In this document: piece by piece, positions 26,107-34,235 of the stretch
How positions within the stretch are numbered: the stretch's first letter is position 1
How the letters are laid out: each line of letters opens with the position of its first letter
Assembly: GCA_910579965.1 (NCBI GenBank)
Contig: CAJTWF010000003.1
Span: 308 to 64,307, forward strand
Length of the DNA stretch: 64,000 nucleotides
Direction: 5' to 3'
Source: an uncultured Oscillospiraceae bacterium
GTDB taxonomy: Bacteria; Bacillota; Clostridia; Oscillospirales; Oscillospiraceae
Notes under the pieces: generated by a model
What the model saw: only the letters and a program-made list of their open reading frames with translations
Databases searched by the model: none
What the model was told of the DNA's origin: nothing
Translations under genes and position numbers: made by a program

Positions 26107-27935
26107 GCCTCCTCCGCCCCCTTCAGGCCCGCCGGGCCGGTCTGGTAGGGTCTGCGGCCCTTGATCGCGCCGGTAATCAGGCCCCGGATGTAGAACACCG
26201 CCGACTCCCCCGCGTTGACCGCCCCCATCTGGTAGGGCACGGATACGGCGTCCACGGTCTGCCGCAGGGTCACCTCCAGCCGCTCCACCTCCTGGGCCAG
26301 GGAATCCTGGGCCAACCCGTCAAAGAACACCCAGAACTGCCCGCCGCCGTTGTAGCCCACAAAGCCGTTTTTCCGGCTCTCGAACAGCTCCCGCAGCACC
26401 CGGCCGAAGGTCTGGAGCACCCGGTTCGTCTCCTCCCGGCCCAGGGTCTCGTTGAGCTCCTGCTGGTTGACGATCTGGAGGTTGATGCAGCTGGTCCCCA
26501 GGGGCAGGATCAGGTTCTCCCTGTCCTGAATGTACTTGTCGCAGGACACCCGGTTCATGCAGCCGGTGGCGCTGTCCCGCAGGAATATGTACTCCAGGAT
26601 GTCCCCCAGCCGCCCCAGCACAATGGCCCCGCAGCACCCTGCGGCCAGGAAGAAGGCCGCGATTACGGCCATGTAGGCGGACATGTTGATCCCCTCCGCC
26701 ACGCTGGCCGAGGAGAGGGTACGGATGTTCCGGGCCCCCAGGTAGTCGTTGTACTCCGAGTTGGTGTCCGCCACCGCGTCGTAGAGGGCGTTCATCTTGC
26801 CGATCACGCCGGCGATCTCCTCCTCCACCTCCGCCGCCGTCGCGCCCCCGGCCGGGCCGCCGCCCTCGTACACGCCGATGATGTAGGCGCAGTAGGCCGC
26901 GTCGATCTCCGCGTAATCCCACCGGTCCGCCGCGCTGGCCCAGTTGCGCAGCAGCGCGTCGTACTGGATGACCCGGCTGGTGGAGGTCCACTCCCCGTCG
27001 GTCTCCCGCTCCCGCTCGTAGACGTCGCCGAGAATATAGTTGGCGTCAATATCCGTGTTGCCGGACTGGCGCATCTTCTCCACGTAGGTCTCAATGATGC
27101 GCTGGATGTCCCCGATGTCCTCCTGGGCGCTCCGGCCGTCCAGGCCGTAGCCGGCAATCCGGTTCTGGTACTTGTCCAGCAGCACCGTCCGGTCCTTGGT
27201 GACCCGGCTGCCCAGGATGAGGGCGTAGAGCCGGGGCACGTCCACATCCAGCACCAGCTTGAACTGGTCCCGCAGATCCGAGAAGGAGTAGCCCGTGTCC
27301 GCGGACCGGAACCCCTGCTCCCGCTGGTAGCGGTTGTGGAGGGTGTTGACGGTCTCGGTGAGCTGCGCGTCGATCTGCTCCACCATCTCCAGGTAGTCGT
27401 AGTCCGTTTGGATCAGATCCCGGGTCTGGTTGCTCACCTGCTCCTGGTTGATATGCTTGTTGCTGTAGTCGGAGAAGTACACGTCCAGCAGCTCGCTGAG
27501 GATGTCCCGGGCAAAGCCCGCGCTGCCGGAGGCGTCCAGCTTGCAGCTGACGATGTAGGCCGTGGGCTGCTCCGTGTACTCCTTGCCCTCCTCGTTGAGG
27601 GCCTGCTGGACGTTCTGGGCCTGCTCCTCAATGATCGGCTCCACCCGGATGCTGGCGCACAGGGTGTCCAGGCTGTAGCTGGCCGGGGACAGGCCCAGGT
27701 TCTCCATCACCTTGGCCATGTTGCCAGCGGAGGCGATCTCCGACACGTCGATGGCGGACCCGTCCGGGGCCCGGCCCTCCTTGGCGTCCCCGTTGGCGTA
27801 CTCGATCACCGCCGAGGCCGTGTAGGTCTGCTTCTTTGCCAGCACCCTGGAGGCAAGAAGGGTCATGCCGATGAAAAAGCAGACGATCAGCGGCAGCCAC
27901 CGCTTGAGGTAGCGAAATATCTGAAACTGCTTCAT
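26103..27935 (-). CDS. Wzz-like polysaccharide co-polymerase fused to a C-terminal degenerate GGDEF domain (GGGQF)
   Basis: Start ATG 27935 (MKQFQIFRYLKRWLPLIVCFF) after GAGGAGGTGAGCGGG. TM1, a large external region, TM2 (MSAYMAVIAAFFLAAGCCGAIVLG), then DSATGCMNR ... NLQIVNQQELNETLGREETNRVL ... GYNGGGQFWVFF. Confidence 0.75.
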   Translation of the reverse strand: MKQFQIFRYLKRWLPLIVCFFIGMTLLASRVLAKKQTYTASAVIEYANGDAKEGRAPDGSAIDVSEIASAGNMAKVMENLGLSPASYSLDTLCASIRVEPIIEEQAQNVQQALNEEGKEYTEQPTAYIVSCKLDASGSAGFARDILSELLDVYFSDYSNKHINQEQVSNQTRDLIQTDYDYLEMVEQIDAQLTETVNTLHNRYQREQGFRSADTGYSFSDLRDQFKLVLDVDVPRLYALILGSRVTKDRTVLLDKYQNRIAGYGLDGRSAQEDIGDIQRIIETYVEKMRQSGNTDIDANYILGDVYERERETDGEWTSTSRVIQYDALLRNWASAADRWDYAEIDAAYCAYIIGVYEGGGPAGGATAAEVEEEIAGVIGKMNALYDAVADTNSEYNDYLGARNIRTLSSASVAEGINMSAYMAVIAAFFLAAGCCGAIVLGRLGDILEYIFLRDSATGCMNRVSCDKYIQDRENLILPLGTSCINLQIVNQQELNETLGREETNRVLQTFGRVLRELFESRKNGFVGYNGGGQFWVFFDGLAQDSLAQEVERLEVTLRQTVDAVSVPYQMGAVNAGESAVFYIRGLITGAIKGRRPYQTGPAGLKGAEEA

Positions 27936-27940
27936 CCCGC

Positions 27941-29305
27941 TCACCTCCTCTTTCGTCCCCCCGCCAGGGAGAACCAGCACAGCCGCAGCCCGGCGGCGAA
28001 AAGGACCGTTCTCGCGGCGATCTCCGCCGCCAGCTTCATGGCCTGGGCCTCCGAGGAGGAGACCACGGCGGTCATGTACCGGTTGGCCTGCCGGGCGTTA
28101 TACTCCTTCACCAGCTCCTCCGCCAGACCGGCGATGCGGGTGAGCTCCCGCCGGATCTGGCCGATGAGCGCCTCCGCCTTGTCCTCCGCCCCGCCGGACC
28201 GGCCGGAAAGCTGGCCGATCACGTGGTCATTGTAGGCGATTTTCTCCTGGATGGCGATCTTTTCATCCGCGTAGTGGTTGGCGTTGGCGGCGAAGTCGTC
28301 CACGCCGATGCGGGTCTGGGACATGTAGAACTGGTTGTTGGTGTCATAGGTGGGCACCAGAACAATGCGGGCCATGTCGTCCTCGTACATGGTGATGGCC
28401 TCCAGCATGTTCTCGTTGGACGCCGCCGCCTTCTGGGCGTTGAAGCGCATGAACACGTTGGCCACCTCCAGCCGGTTGACGTACTGCCCCGGGTCCCGGG
28501 AGATCCCCTCCTCCAGCACATAGGCCTCCAGACGCTCCACCAGGGTCTCCTCCACCTCGTAGGCCAGGGCGGACACCGACTGGAAGGTCTCCCCGCTGGC
28601 GCTGGAGCGGAAGGCTGGCTCCTCGCCGGACATGCTGCGCATGTACTCGCCGATGGACTGGGCCGTCTGGGCCAGGAACAGGCAGCTGTCCAGGTAGTCC
28701 GCCCCCTCCGCCGGGGAGAAGTCCAGGCGGAGGATGCTGGGGTTCGCCGAGTAGCTCCTGACAAACCAGTCCTTGTAGGCCTGGGTCACCAGGGTCAGCA
28801 GCTTCTCCCCGTCCTGGGAGGCGGTCTCGCTGCTGGCGTTATACTGCACCACAAACTGGGTGGAGATGAAGTAGGCGTCCTCGGAATAGCTGTTCCCCTG
28901 GACCACCGGCCGGACCTGTATGGTGTTCTTCAGGTCCTGGGCCGTGATCCCCTCCAGCGCCCCCTTCTCAATGGCCCCCTCCAGGACCTGGGCGCTGAGG
29001 ATGTCCGCCTGGTTGAACCGGGTGCCGTTGGGGTTGAGGCCCTGGGAGGCCAGACTGTAGTGGAGGGTGATCTCCGCGCTGGTGTGGAGGCGCAGAGCGG
29101 CGGGGAGCAGGAAGCAGTTGAGCAGAAATACGGCCAGCACCAGCGGCCCCAGGCTCCAGCTCCGCCGCACCGCCCGGTACTCCGCCAGCAGCGTCCGCAG
29201 TCCCTGCCGGGACCGGTTGCGCAGCACAAGCAGACCGCAGGCCGCCAGCAGCAGCGACACTCCGGTCAGCGCGATTGGGTAATAGTTGATGACTTGAAAC
29301 AGCAT
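27941..29305 (-). CDS. second PCP/Wzz-like membrane protein (two N-terminal TM helices, one C-terminal)
   Basis: 454-aa ORF. Hydrophobic N-terminus, large hydrophilic central region with coiled-coil-like segments, and a C-terminal TM (AARTVLFAAGLRLCWFSLAGG). Confidence 0.55.
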   Translation of the reverse strand: MLFQVINYYPIALTGVSLLLAACGLLVLRNRSRQGLRTLLAEYRAVRRSWSLGPLVLAVFLLNCFLLPAALRLHTSAEITLHYSLASQGLNPNGTRFNQADILSAQVLEGAIEKGALEGITAQDLKNTIQVRPVVQGNSYSEDAYFISTQFVVQYNASSETASQDGEKLLTLVTQAYKDWFVRSYSANPSILRLDFSPAEGADYLDSCLFLAQTAQSIGEYMRSMSGEEPAFRSSASGETFQSVSALAYEVEETLVERLEAYVLEEGISRDPGQYVNRLEVANVFMRFNAQKAAASNENMLEAITMYEDDMARIVLVPTYDTNNQFYMSQTRIGVDDFAANANHYADEKIAIQEKIAYNDHVIGQLSGRSGGAEDKAEALIGQIRRELTRIAGLAEELVKEYNARQANRYMTAVVSSSEAQAMKLAAEIAARTVLFAAGLRLCWFSLAGGRKRR

Positions 29306-29329
29306 GGGGCCCTCCGGCTATGAATGCAC

Positions 29330-30226
29330 TTAGTTGATATCCAGAATCACCAGCTCAGGCTGGTTGAATACACGGGGCGCCAGGCCGTGGCTCCCCAGGC
29401 CCCGGCTGATGAGCAGGGACATGCCCTCCCTCTCGTACCAGCCCCCGTCGTAGACGGGGAACAGCCCCTCCGCGCCGGAGAAGAGCCCGCCCACTCCGGG
29501 GATGCGGATAACGCCGCCGTGGTTGTGGCCGGACACCGTCAGGTCAATGGCGGCGTCCGGAATATACTCCATCACCGGCTCCGGCCGGTGGGAGATGAGA
29601 ATTTTGAACGTCTCCGGGTCCTCCTCCGCGAAGCGGGTGACAAACTGCCCGGAGTGGGGCCAGAAGCTGCTGGCGTTGGTGCTCAGGCCGCCGATCCTGA
29701 TCGCGGCGCCCTTCACCTCCGCCGTCACGGCCTCGTTTTGCAGCAGGACGGCCCCGGTCCCCTCCAGGTCCTCCCAGACCTGCGGGTCCAGGAGCAGGGG
29801 GGAGAAGTCCTCCGGGTCCTCCCCCAGGGCGGCTCCGTCCAGAAACTTCTTGTTCAGATCCTGGCCGTAGAGCGCCTCGTTCTCGTGGTTTCCCATGGCG
29901 TAGTACACCGGCGCGATCTCCGCCAGCTCCCGGCACAGGCCCACGGCGTAGTCCCAGTCCGGGTCCCCCTTGTTCACCAGATCCCCCGCGATCAGCAGCA
30001 GATCCGGCCGCAGGGCCCTCACCCGGTCCAGCAGGGTCTCGTTGTCCGGACCAAAGGAGCGCTGGTGCAGGTCCGCCAGCACGATCACCCGCACGGTCTC
30101 CTCGATCTTATAGGACTCCATGGCATAAAAGGTCTCCTCAAAGGAGCTGTTGGACCATATGATCCACGCCGCGATCACGCCTATGGTTATCCCGGCGCTG
30201 ATGATTCCTGTCAATATCCGCTTCAC
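29330..30226 (-). CDS. membrane-anchored metallophosphoesterase
   Basis: GTG start (GTGA overlap). N-terminal TM ILTGIISAGITIGVIAAWIIW. Motifs LADLH, AGDLV, GNHE, SGHNHGG. Confidence 0.85.
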   Translation of the reverse strand: MKRILTGIISAGITIGVIAAWIIWSNSSFEETFYAMESYKIEETVRVIVLADLHQRSFGPDNETLLDRVRALRPDLLLIAGDLVNKGDPDWDYAVGLCRELAEIAPVYYAMGNHENEALYGQDLNKKFLDGAALGEDPEDFSPLLLDPQVWEDLEGTGAVLLQNEAVTAEVKGAAIRIGGLSTNASSFWPHSGQFVTRFAEEDPETFKILISHRPEPVMEYIPDAAIDLTVSGHNHGGVIRIPGVGGLFSGAEGLFPVYDGGWYEREGMSLLISRGLGSHGLAPRVFNQPELVILDIN

Positions 30227-31434
30227 GTCACCTTTCCTCCTGCCGCGGACCGGTACAGCTCCAGCAGCCCGCCGCAGTATTCCTCAATGGTTGTCAAATC
30301 CCGCCGGCTCCGGCAGCGCTCCGCCATCCGCGCCAGGGCCGCCCTGTCCCCGTAGAGCGCCCGCATCCCAGCGGCATAGGCCTCCGGCGTGAACCGGTCC
30401 AGCAGCGCGCCGGTTTCGCCCTCCTCGATCAGCTCCGGCACGCCGCCAATGCGGTTGGCCAGCACCGGCGTGCCCAGGGCCTGGCTCTCCAGCACGGACA
30501 ATGGGCAGTTCTCATACCAGATGGGGAGGTACACCGAAAACAGGGCCCGCCGGACCAGCTCCCGCAGCGCCTCCCCCTCCTGGAAGCCCATATAGCGCAC
30601 GTTGGCCGGCGCTTCCCGCCGCACCAGCTCCTCCAGGGGCCCCCGTCCCGCCACCACGACGGGGATCTCCGGGACCAGCCGGCAGGCGGCCAGGAGGCGG
30701 TCAATGCCCTTCTCCTCAGAGAGCCTGCCGAAGTAGAGCGCATAGTCCCCCTTCTCCGCCGGCGGCCCCGCCTCAGGGCGGATAAAGTTGTGCATCATGA
30801 CGGTTTTTCCCCGGAACCGGGGGACCTCCAGAAGGATCTCCTCCATGAACCGGCTGGGGCAGATCAGGCGGCTGACCTGATCGTAGCTCCGCCGCCGGCG
30901 GCACAGAGCGGCCTCCAGGCTGCCCAGAACGCTCTTTGCCCGGGAGCCGTGGATGCACCGCCGTCCGGCGCAGCTCCACACGCTCCCGTCCAGGCACCGC
31001 CGGCAGGGGGTCATGTCCTCCAGATCCAGCATCATGTGGTTGGGGCAGACCAGGTGGAAGTCGTGGACCGTCTCCACCATGGGCACGCCCAGCTCCGCCG
31101 CGCCGTCGATGATCGAGGGGGTCAGATGGTAGTATATGTTGTTGAGATGGATCACATCCGGGGAAAACGCCCGGATGAGGCGCTGAATCTTCCTCTTGGC
31201 CTCCAGGGAGTAGAGGACCCGGAGGGGGTACAGAATCCGCCCCGGGCCCCTGGAGCGGAAGTCCATGGCCGCCGTCTCCAGCCCCAGGCTGTTGCCCACC
31301 GTGTTTCTCTCGTCCCGCATCCCGAAATAGGACACCTGATGCCCCTGGCTCTGGAGGTACGCGCCGATTTCCAGCATGTAGGTCTCCGCGCCGCCCCGGG
31401 GATACAGGAACTTGTTGACCATTAAAATTCTCAT
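30223..31434 (-). CDS. family-4 (GT-B) glycosyltransferase
   Basis: Start ATG 31434 (MRILMVNKFLYPRGGAE). C-terminal E-x7-E region (ENCPLSVLESQALGTPV). Confidence 0.85.
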   Translation of the reverse strand: MRILMVNKFLYPRGGAETYMLEIGAYLQSQGHQVSYFGMRDERNTVGNSLGLETAAMDFRSRGPGRILYPLRVLYSLEAKRKIQRLIRAFSPDVIHLNNIYYHLTPSIIDGAAELGVPMVETVHDFHLVCPNHMMLDLEDMTPCRRCLDGSVWSCAGRRCIHGSRAKSVLGSLEAALCRRRRSYDQVSRLICPSRFMEEILLEVPRFRGKTVMMHNFIRPEAGPPAEKGDYALYFGRLSEEKGIDRLLAACRLVPEIPVVVAGRGPLEELVRREAPANVRYMGFQEGEALRELVRRALFSVYLPIWYENCPLSVLESQALGTPVLANRIGGVPELIEEGETGALLDRFTPEAYAAGMRALYGDRAALARMAERCRSRRDLTTIEEYCGGLLELYRSAAGGKVT

Positions 31435-31435
31435 A

Positions 31436-32323
31436 TTAGCTCTGGGAGCCCGGATAGCTCCAATTTTCGTCCAGACCGTCCCGCTCCAGCTCAATGACCG
31501 GGCTGTCCGGCCGGGGGATCTGCTCCACCAGTGCGTCCAGCTCGTTGTAGGTGGCGGCCAGCTTATCCCGGGTGATGTTGAAGGCGTCCAGATACCGGAT
31601 CACCTGGTTTCTGGCGCCCTCCAGGGCCTGGGCCGCGGCCAGCTTCTTGGCCCGCATGTCCTCCTCCATCTGCCGCTCCATCTGCTGGGCCCGGGCCTGG
31701 GCCTGCTGGACCAGGGCGCGGGCCTCCTGCTCCGCTATGGCCAGGATCCGCTCCGTGGCCGCGCTGGTCTTGTTCTGCTGGTCCAGCTGCTCCCGCAGCC
31801 GGGCCAGCTCCCGCTGGTGCTCCCCCTCGCGGCGCCGCCGCTCGTCCTCCAGCTCCAGGATCCGCTGGTTGAGGGTCTTTGTCCGCTCCAGCTCCAAAAT
31901 CCGGTTGTGGGCCCGGATGTCCTGCTCCTTCCTGGCCAGCTTCAGCTCCGACTCCAGGGACTCGGACCACTGAAGGGCCGCCGTCAGCTCCTCCCGCAGC
32001 CGCTTCTCCTGGTCCGTCCGTTCCTGGTCTCCGCCGGCGCGGCGCAGGGCCGACTCCATCAGCTCCAGGCGGCCCCTGGCCTCGGCCAGCTCCGCCTCCA
32101 GGGCTGCGGCCCGCGCCTCGGCCTCTCCGCCGCCGCGCTCCGCCTCCAGGGTCTCCGCCCGCCTCCGGGCCTCCTCCAGCTGCTCCCTGAGCCGGTCCTC
32201 CCGCTCTCCGGCGGCCTTCGCCTCCCTGCGCAGCTGCTCGATCTGTCCCACCAGCTCCTTGAGCCGCTCATCCACCAGATCCTTGCGGTAGCCGCCCAGA
32301 AATGTTGTCATAAATTGGTCCAT
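31436..32323 (-). CDS. DivIVA-domain coiled-coil protein
   Basis: Start ATG 32323 after GGGAGAGGAG. N-terminus FLGGYRKDLVDERLKEL matches the DivIVA/GpsB F-x-GY-x-x-x-VD-x-x-L motif. The remainder is a long Glu/Arg/Leu/Ala coiled coil. Confidence 0.7.
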   Translation of the reverse strand: MDQFMTTFLGGYRKDLVDERLKELVGQIEQLRREAKAAGEREDRLREQLEEARRRAETLEAERGGGEAEARAAALEAELAEARGRLELMESALRRAGGDQERTDQEKRLREELTAALQWSESLESELKLARKEQDIRAHNRILELERTKTLNQRILELEDERRRREGEHQRELARLREQLDQQNKTSAATERILAIAEQEARALVQQAQARAQQMERQMEEDMRAKKLAAAQALEGARNQVIRYLDAFNITRDKLAATYNELDALVEQIPRPDSPVIELERDGLDENWSYPGSQS

Positions 32324-32327
32324 GCCA

Positions 32328-33455
32328 TCACTCCTCTCCCACGCGCTCTGAGGACGCGCCGCCCAGGACCCTCTGGTAGACCTGCCAGGTCCTCTCCTCC
32401 ACCAGGGCGTAGTCGTACCGCTCCCGGATGCAGCGCATCTGCTCCTCCGCCCTGGGGTTCTCCGGCGGAGCGTCCAGGGCCTCCGCCAGCCTCTCATAGA
32501 GGGACTGCTCGTCCCCGCTGGCAAAGGTGGCGCCAAAGTCCCCCAGCACATCCGCGTTCTCCGGGATGTCGCTGGTCAGGCACCGGGCCCCCGCCGACAT
32601 GGCCTCCAGCAGGCTCAGGGCCAGGCCCTCCACCTCGCTGGGCAGCACGTACAAAGCGCAGTTGCTGTACAACTCCCGCAGCGTCCGTCCCTCCGCGAAG
32701 CCGGTGAACCGGATCCGGGGGCACCCCTGGGCCAGCGCCAGGATCTCCCGGCCATACCGGCTGTCCGGCACCTCCCCGGCGATAACCAGCTGCCGGTCCG
32801 TTTTGCAGCGCCGGAAGGCCCGTATCAGATAGTGCAGTCCCTTTTCCGGCACAATCCGCGCCAGAAACAGCACATAGCTCCCCTTCTCCAGCCCCCACCG
32901 CCTGGCAATCTCGCCGCAGGGGGCGTACGCCACGGGCGCTACCCCGTTCTCGATCAGATGGGTCTCCCGCCCGTAGACGTCGCGGAAATAGGCCTGCACG
33001 TCCCGGGACAGGACGATCACCTCGTCCGCGTATTTCGCAATCACCCGCTCCCCCAGCCGCAGGTAGGCCGAGGCGAAGGCGTTCCACTTGGCCCGCCGCC
33101 AGTCCAGGCCGTGGACCGTAGCCACAGTCCCCACGCCCCCCAGCCGCGCCAGCGCCAGCATCACCGAGGGCCCCAGGGCGTGGTAGTGGATCAGGTCATA
33201 GCCGTGAAGGAGGGCCTGCACGGTGGCTGTCAGGGAGCAGAGCATGGCGCTCACGCCCCCCGTCCCCATGGTGGGGGCGCGGAAATACTCCACACCCTCC
33301 GCCCAGCCGTGGTTATCCCCCCTGCGCCGCCCCCGGTTGTACACCGCCACCCGGCAGTCCCGCCGGGCAAGGCGGGTGGCCAGCTCCCACACCACCACCT
33401 CCACTCCGCCGGACCGGGAGGGGAAGTCCTTGTGTCCAATCATCGCAAGTCTCAT
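32328..33455 (-). CDS. family-4 (GT-B) glycosyltransferase
   Basis: MRLAMIGHKDFPSRSGGVEVVVWELA. C-terminal EGLALSLLEAMSAGARCL E-x7-E motif. Confidence 0.85.
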   Translation of the reverse strand: MRLAMIGHKDFPSRSGGVEVVVWELATRLARRDCRVAVYNRGRRRGDNHGWAEGVEYFRAPTMGTGGVSAMLCSLTATVQALLHGYDLIHYHALGPSVMLALARLGGVGTVATVHGLDWRRAKWNAFASAYLRLGERVIAKYADEVIVLSRDVQAYFRDVYGRETHLIENGVAPVAYAPCGEIARRWGLEKGSYVLFLARIVPEKGLHYLIRAFRRCKTDRQLVIAGEVPDSRYGREILALAQGCPRIRFTGFAEGRTLRELYSNCALYVLPSEVEGLALSLLEAMSAGARCLTSDIPENADVLGDFGATFASGDEQSLYERLAEALDAPPENPRAEEQMRCIRERYDYALVEERTWQVYQRVLGGASSERVGEE

Positions 33456-33470
33456 GGGCCTCTCCGTCCT

Positions 33471-34139
33471 TCAGCAGCCCTCGCCCCGCAGCATCACAAA
33501 GGGCGTTTTCAGCATCAGCTTGACGTCCCCCCACAGGGAGGCGTTCAGTATGTACTCCATGTCGTCCTCCACCCACTCGGCGAAGGACACCGCGTTCCGG
33601 TCCGTGCGGACCTGCCAGAGACAGGTGAGGCCCGGCTTCACGATCAGCCGCAGGCTCTGGTAATCCGTATACTCCGCGGCCTCGCAGGGCAGGGGCGGCC
33701 GGGGGCCGATGATGCTCATGTCGCCCCGCAGCACGTTGAAGAGCTGGGGCAGCTCGTCGAGGCTGCTCCTGCGCAGAAATTTCCCGATCCGTGTGACCCG
33801 TGGATCGTCCCGGATCTTAAACACCGGCCCGTCCATCTCATTAAGCGCGGCCAGCTCCGCCCGCTGCTGCTCCGCGTCCACGGCCATGGTGCGGAATTTG
33901 TACATGGTGAAGCGCCTCCCGCCCAGGCCCAGCCGGGTCTGGCGGAAGATGGGTCCTCCCCGGGGATCGTCCAGACAGATGAGGACGGCCAGCAGAAGGA
34001 GCAGCGGGGCGCTGAGCGCAAGCAGCAGCAGCGACGCCGCGAAATCAAAAACACGCTTCCTCTTCCAGTATTTTCTTCGGGACGCCTGCACGATTTGTTC
34101 TGTCCGTACCGCCGGCGGGGTACTCGCCGTCGCTCCCAC
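33471..34139 (-). CDS. initiating sugar-phosphate transferase (bacterial sugar transferase / polyprenyl-phosphate hexose-1-P transferase)
   Basis: GTG start 8 nt after AGGAGGAG. One TM, then PIFRQTRLG..G..F..YKFRTM...DELPQLFNVLRGDMSIIGPRP, diagnostic of the WbaP/EpsL-type catalytic domain. Confidence 0.9.
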   Translation of the reverse strand: MGATASTPPAVRTEQIVQASRRKYWKRKRVFDFAASLLLLALSAPLLLLLAVLICLDDPRGGPIFRQTRLGLGGRRFTMYKFRTMAVDAEQQRAELAALNEMDGPVFKIRDDPRVTRIGKFLRRSSLDELPQLFNVLRGDMSIIGPRPPLPCEAAEYTDYQSLRLIVKPGLTCLWQVRTDRNAVSFAEWVEDDMEYILNASLWGDVKLMLKTPFVMLRGEGC

Positions 34140-34175
34140 CAGAATCTCCTCCTATCTGCGTCCCAAGTCCCCTTA

Positions 34176-34220
34176 CCGTCTCTCCCCGAAGGGGAGAGAC
34201 GGCCCGGTGCGCACCGGGCC
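34176..34220 (-). promoter_or_regulatory. structured 5' leader of the polysaccharide operon (two adjacent GC hairpins)
   Basis: CCGTCTCTCCCC-GAA-GGGGAGAGACGG (34176-34202) abutting the 20-nt perfect palindrome GGCCCGGTGCGCACCGGGCC (34201-34220). Starts about 35 nt upstream of the start codon. Confidence 0.5.
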
Positions 34221-34235
34221 GCTTTTTCTGGGCAT

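Noticed and set aside
26334-26348. Active diguanylate cyclase in the Wzz fusion
   Set aside because: The signature reads GGGQF instead of GG(D/E)EF, and the upstream metal-binding acidic residues are replaced. Catalysis is therefore very unlikely, and the domain is reported as degenerate.
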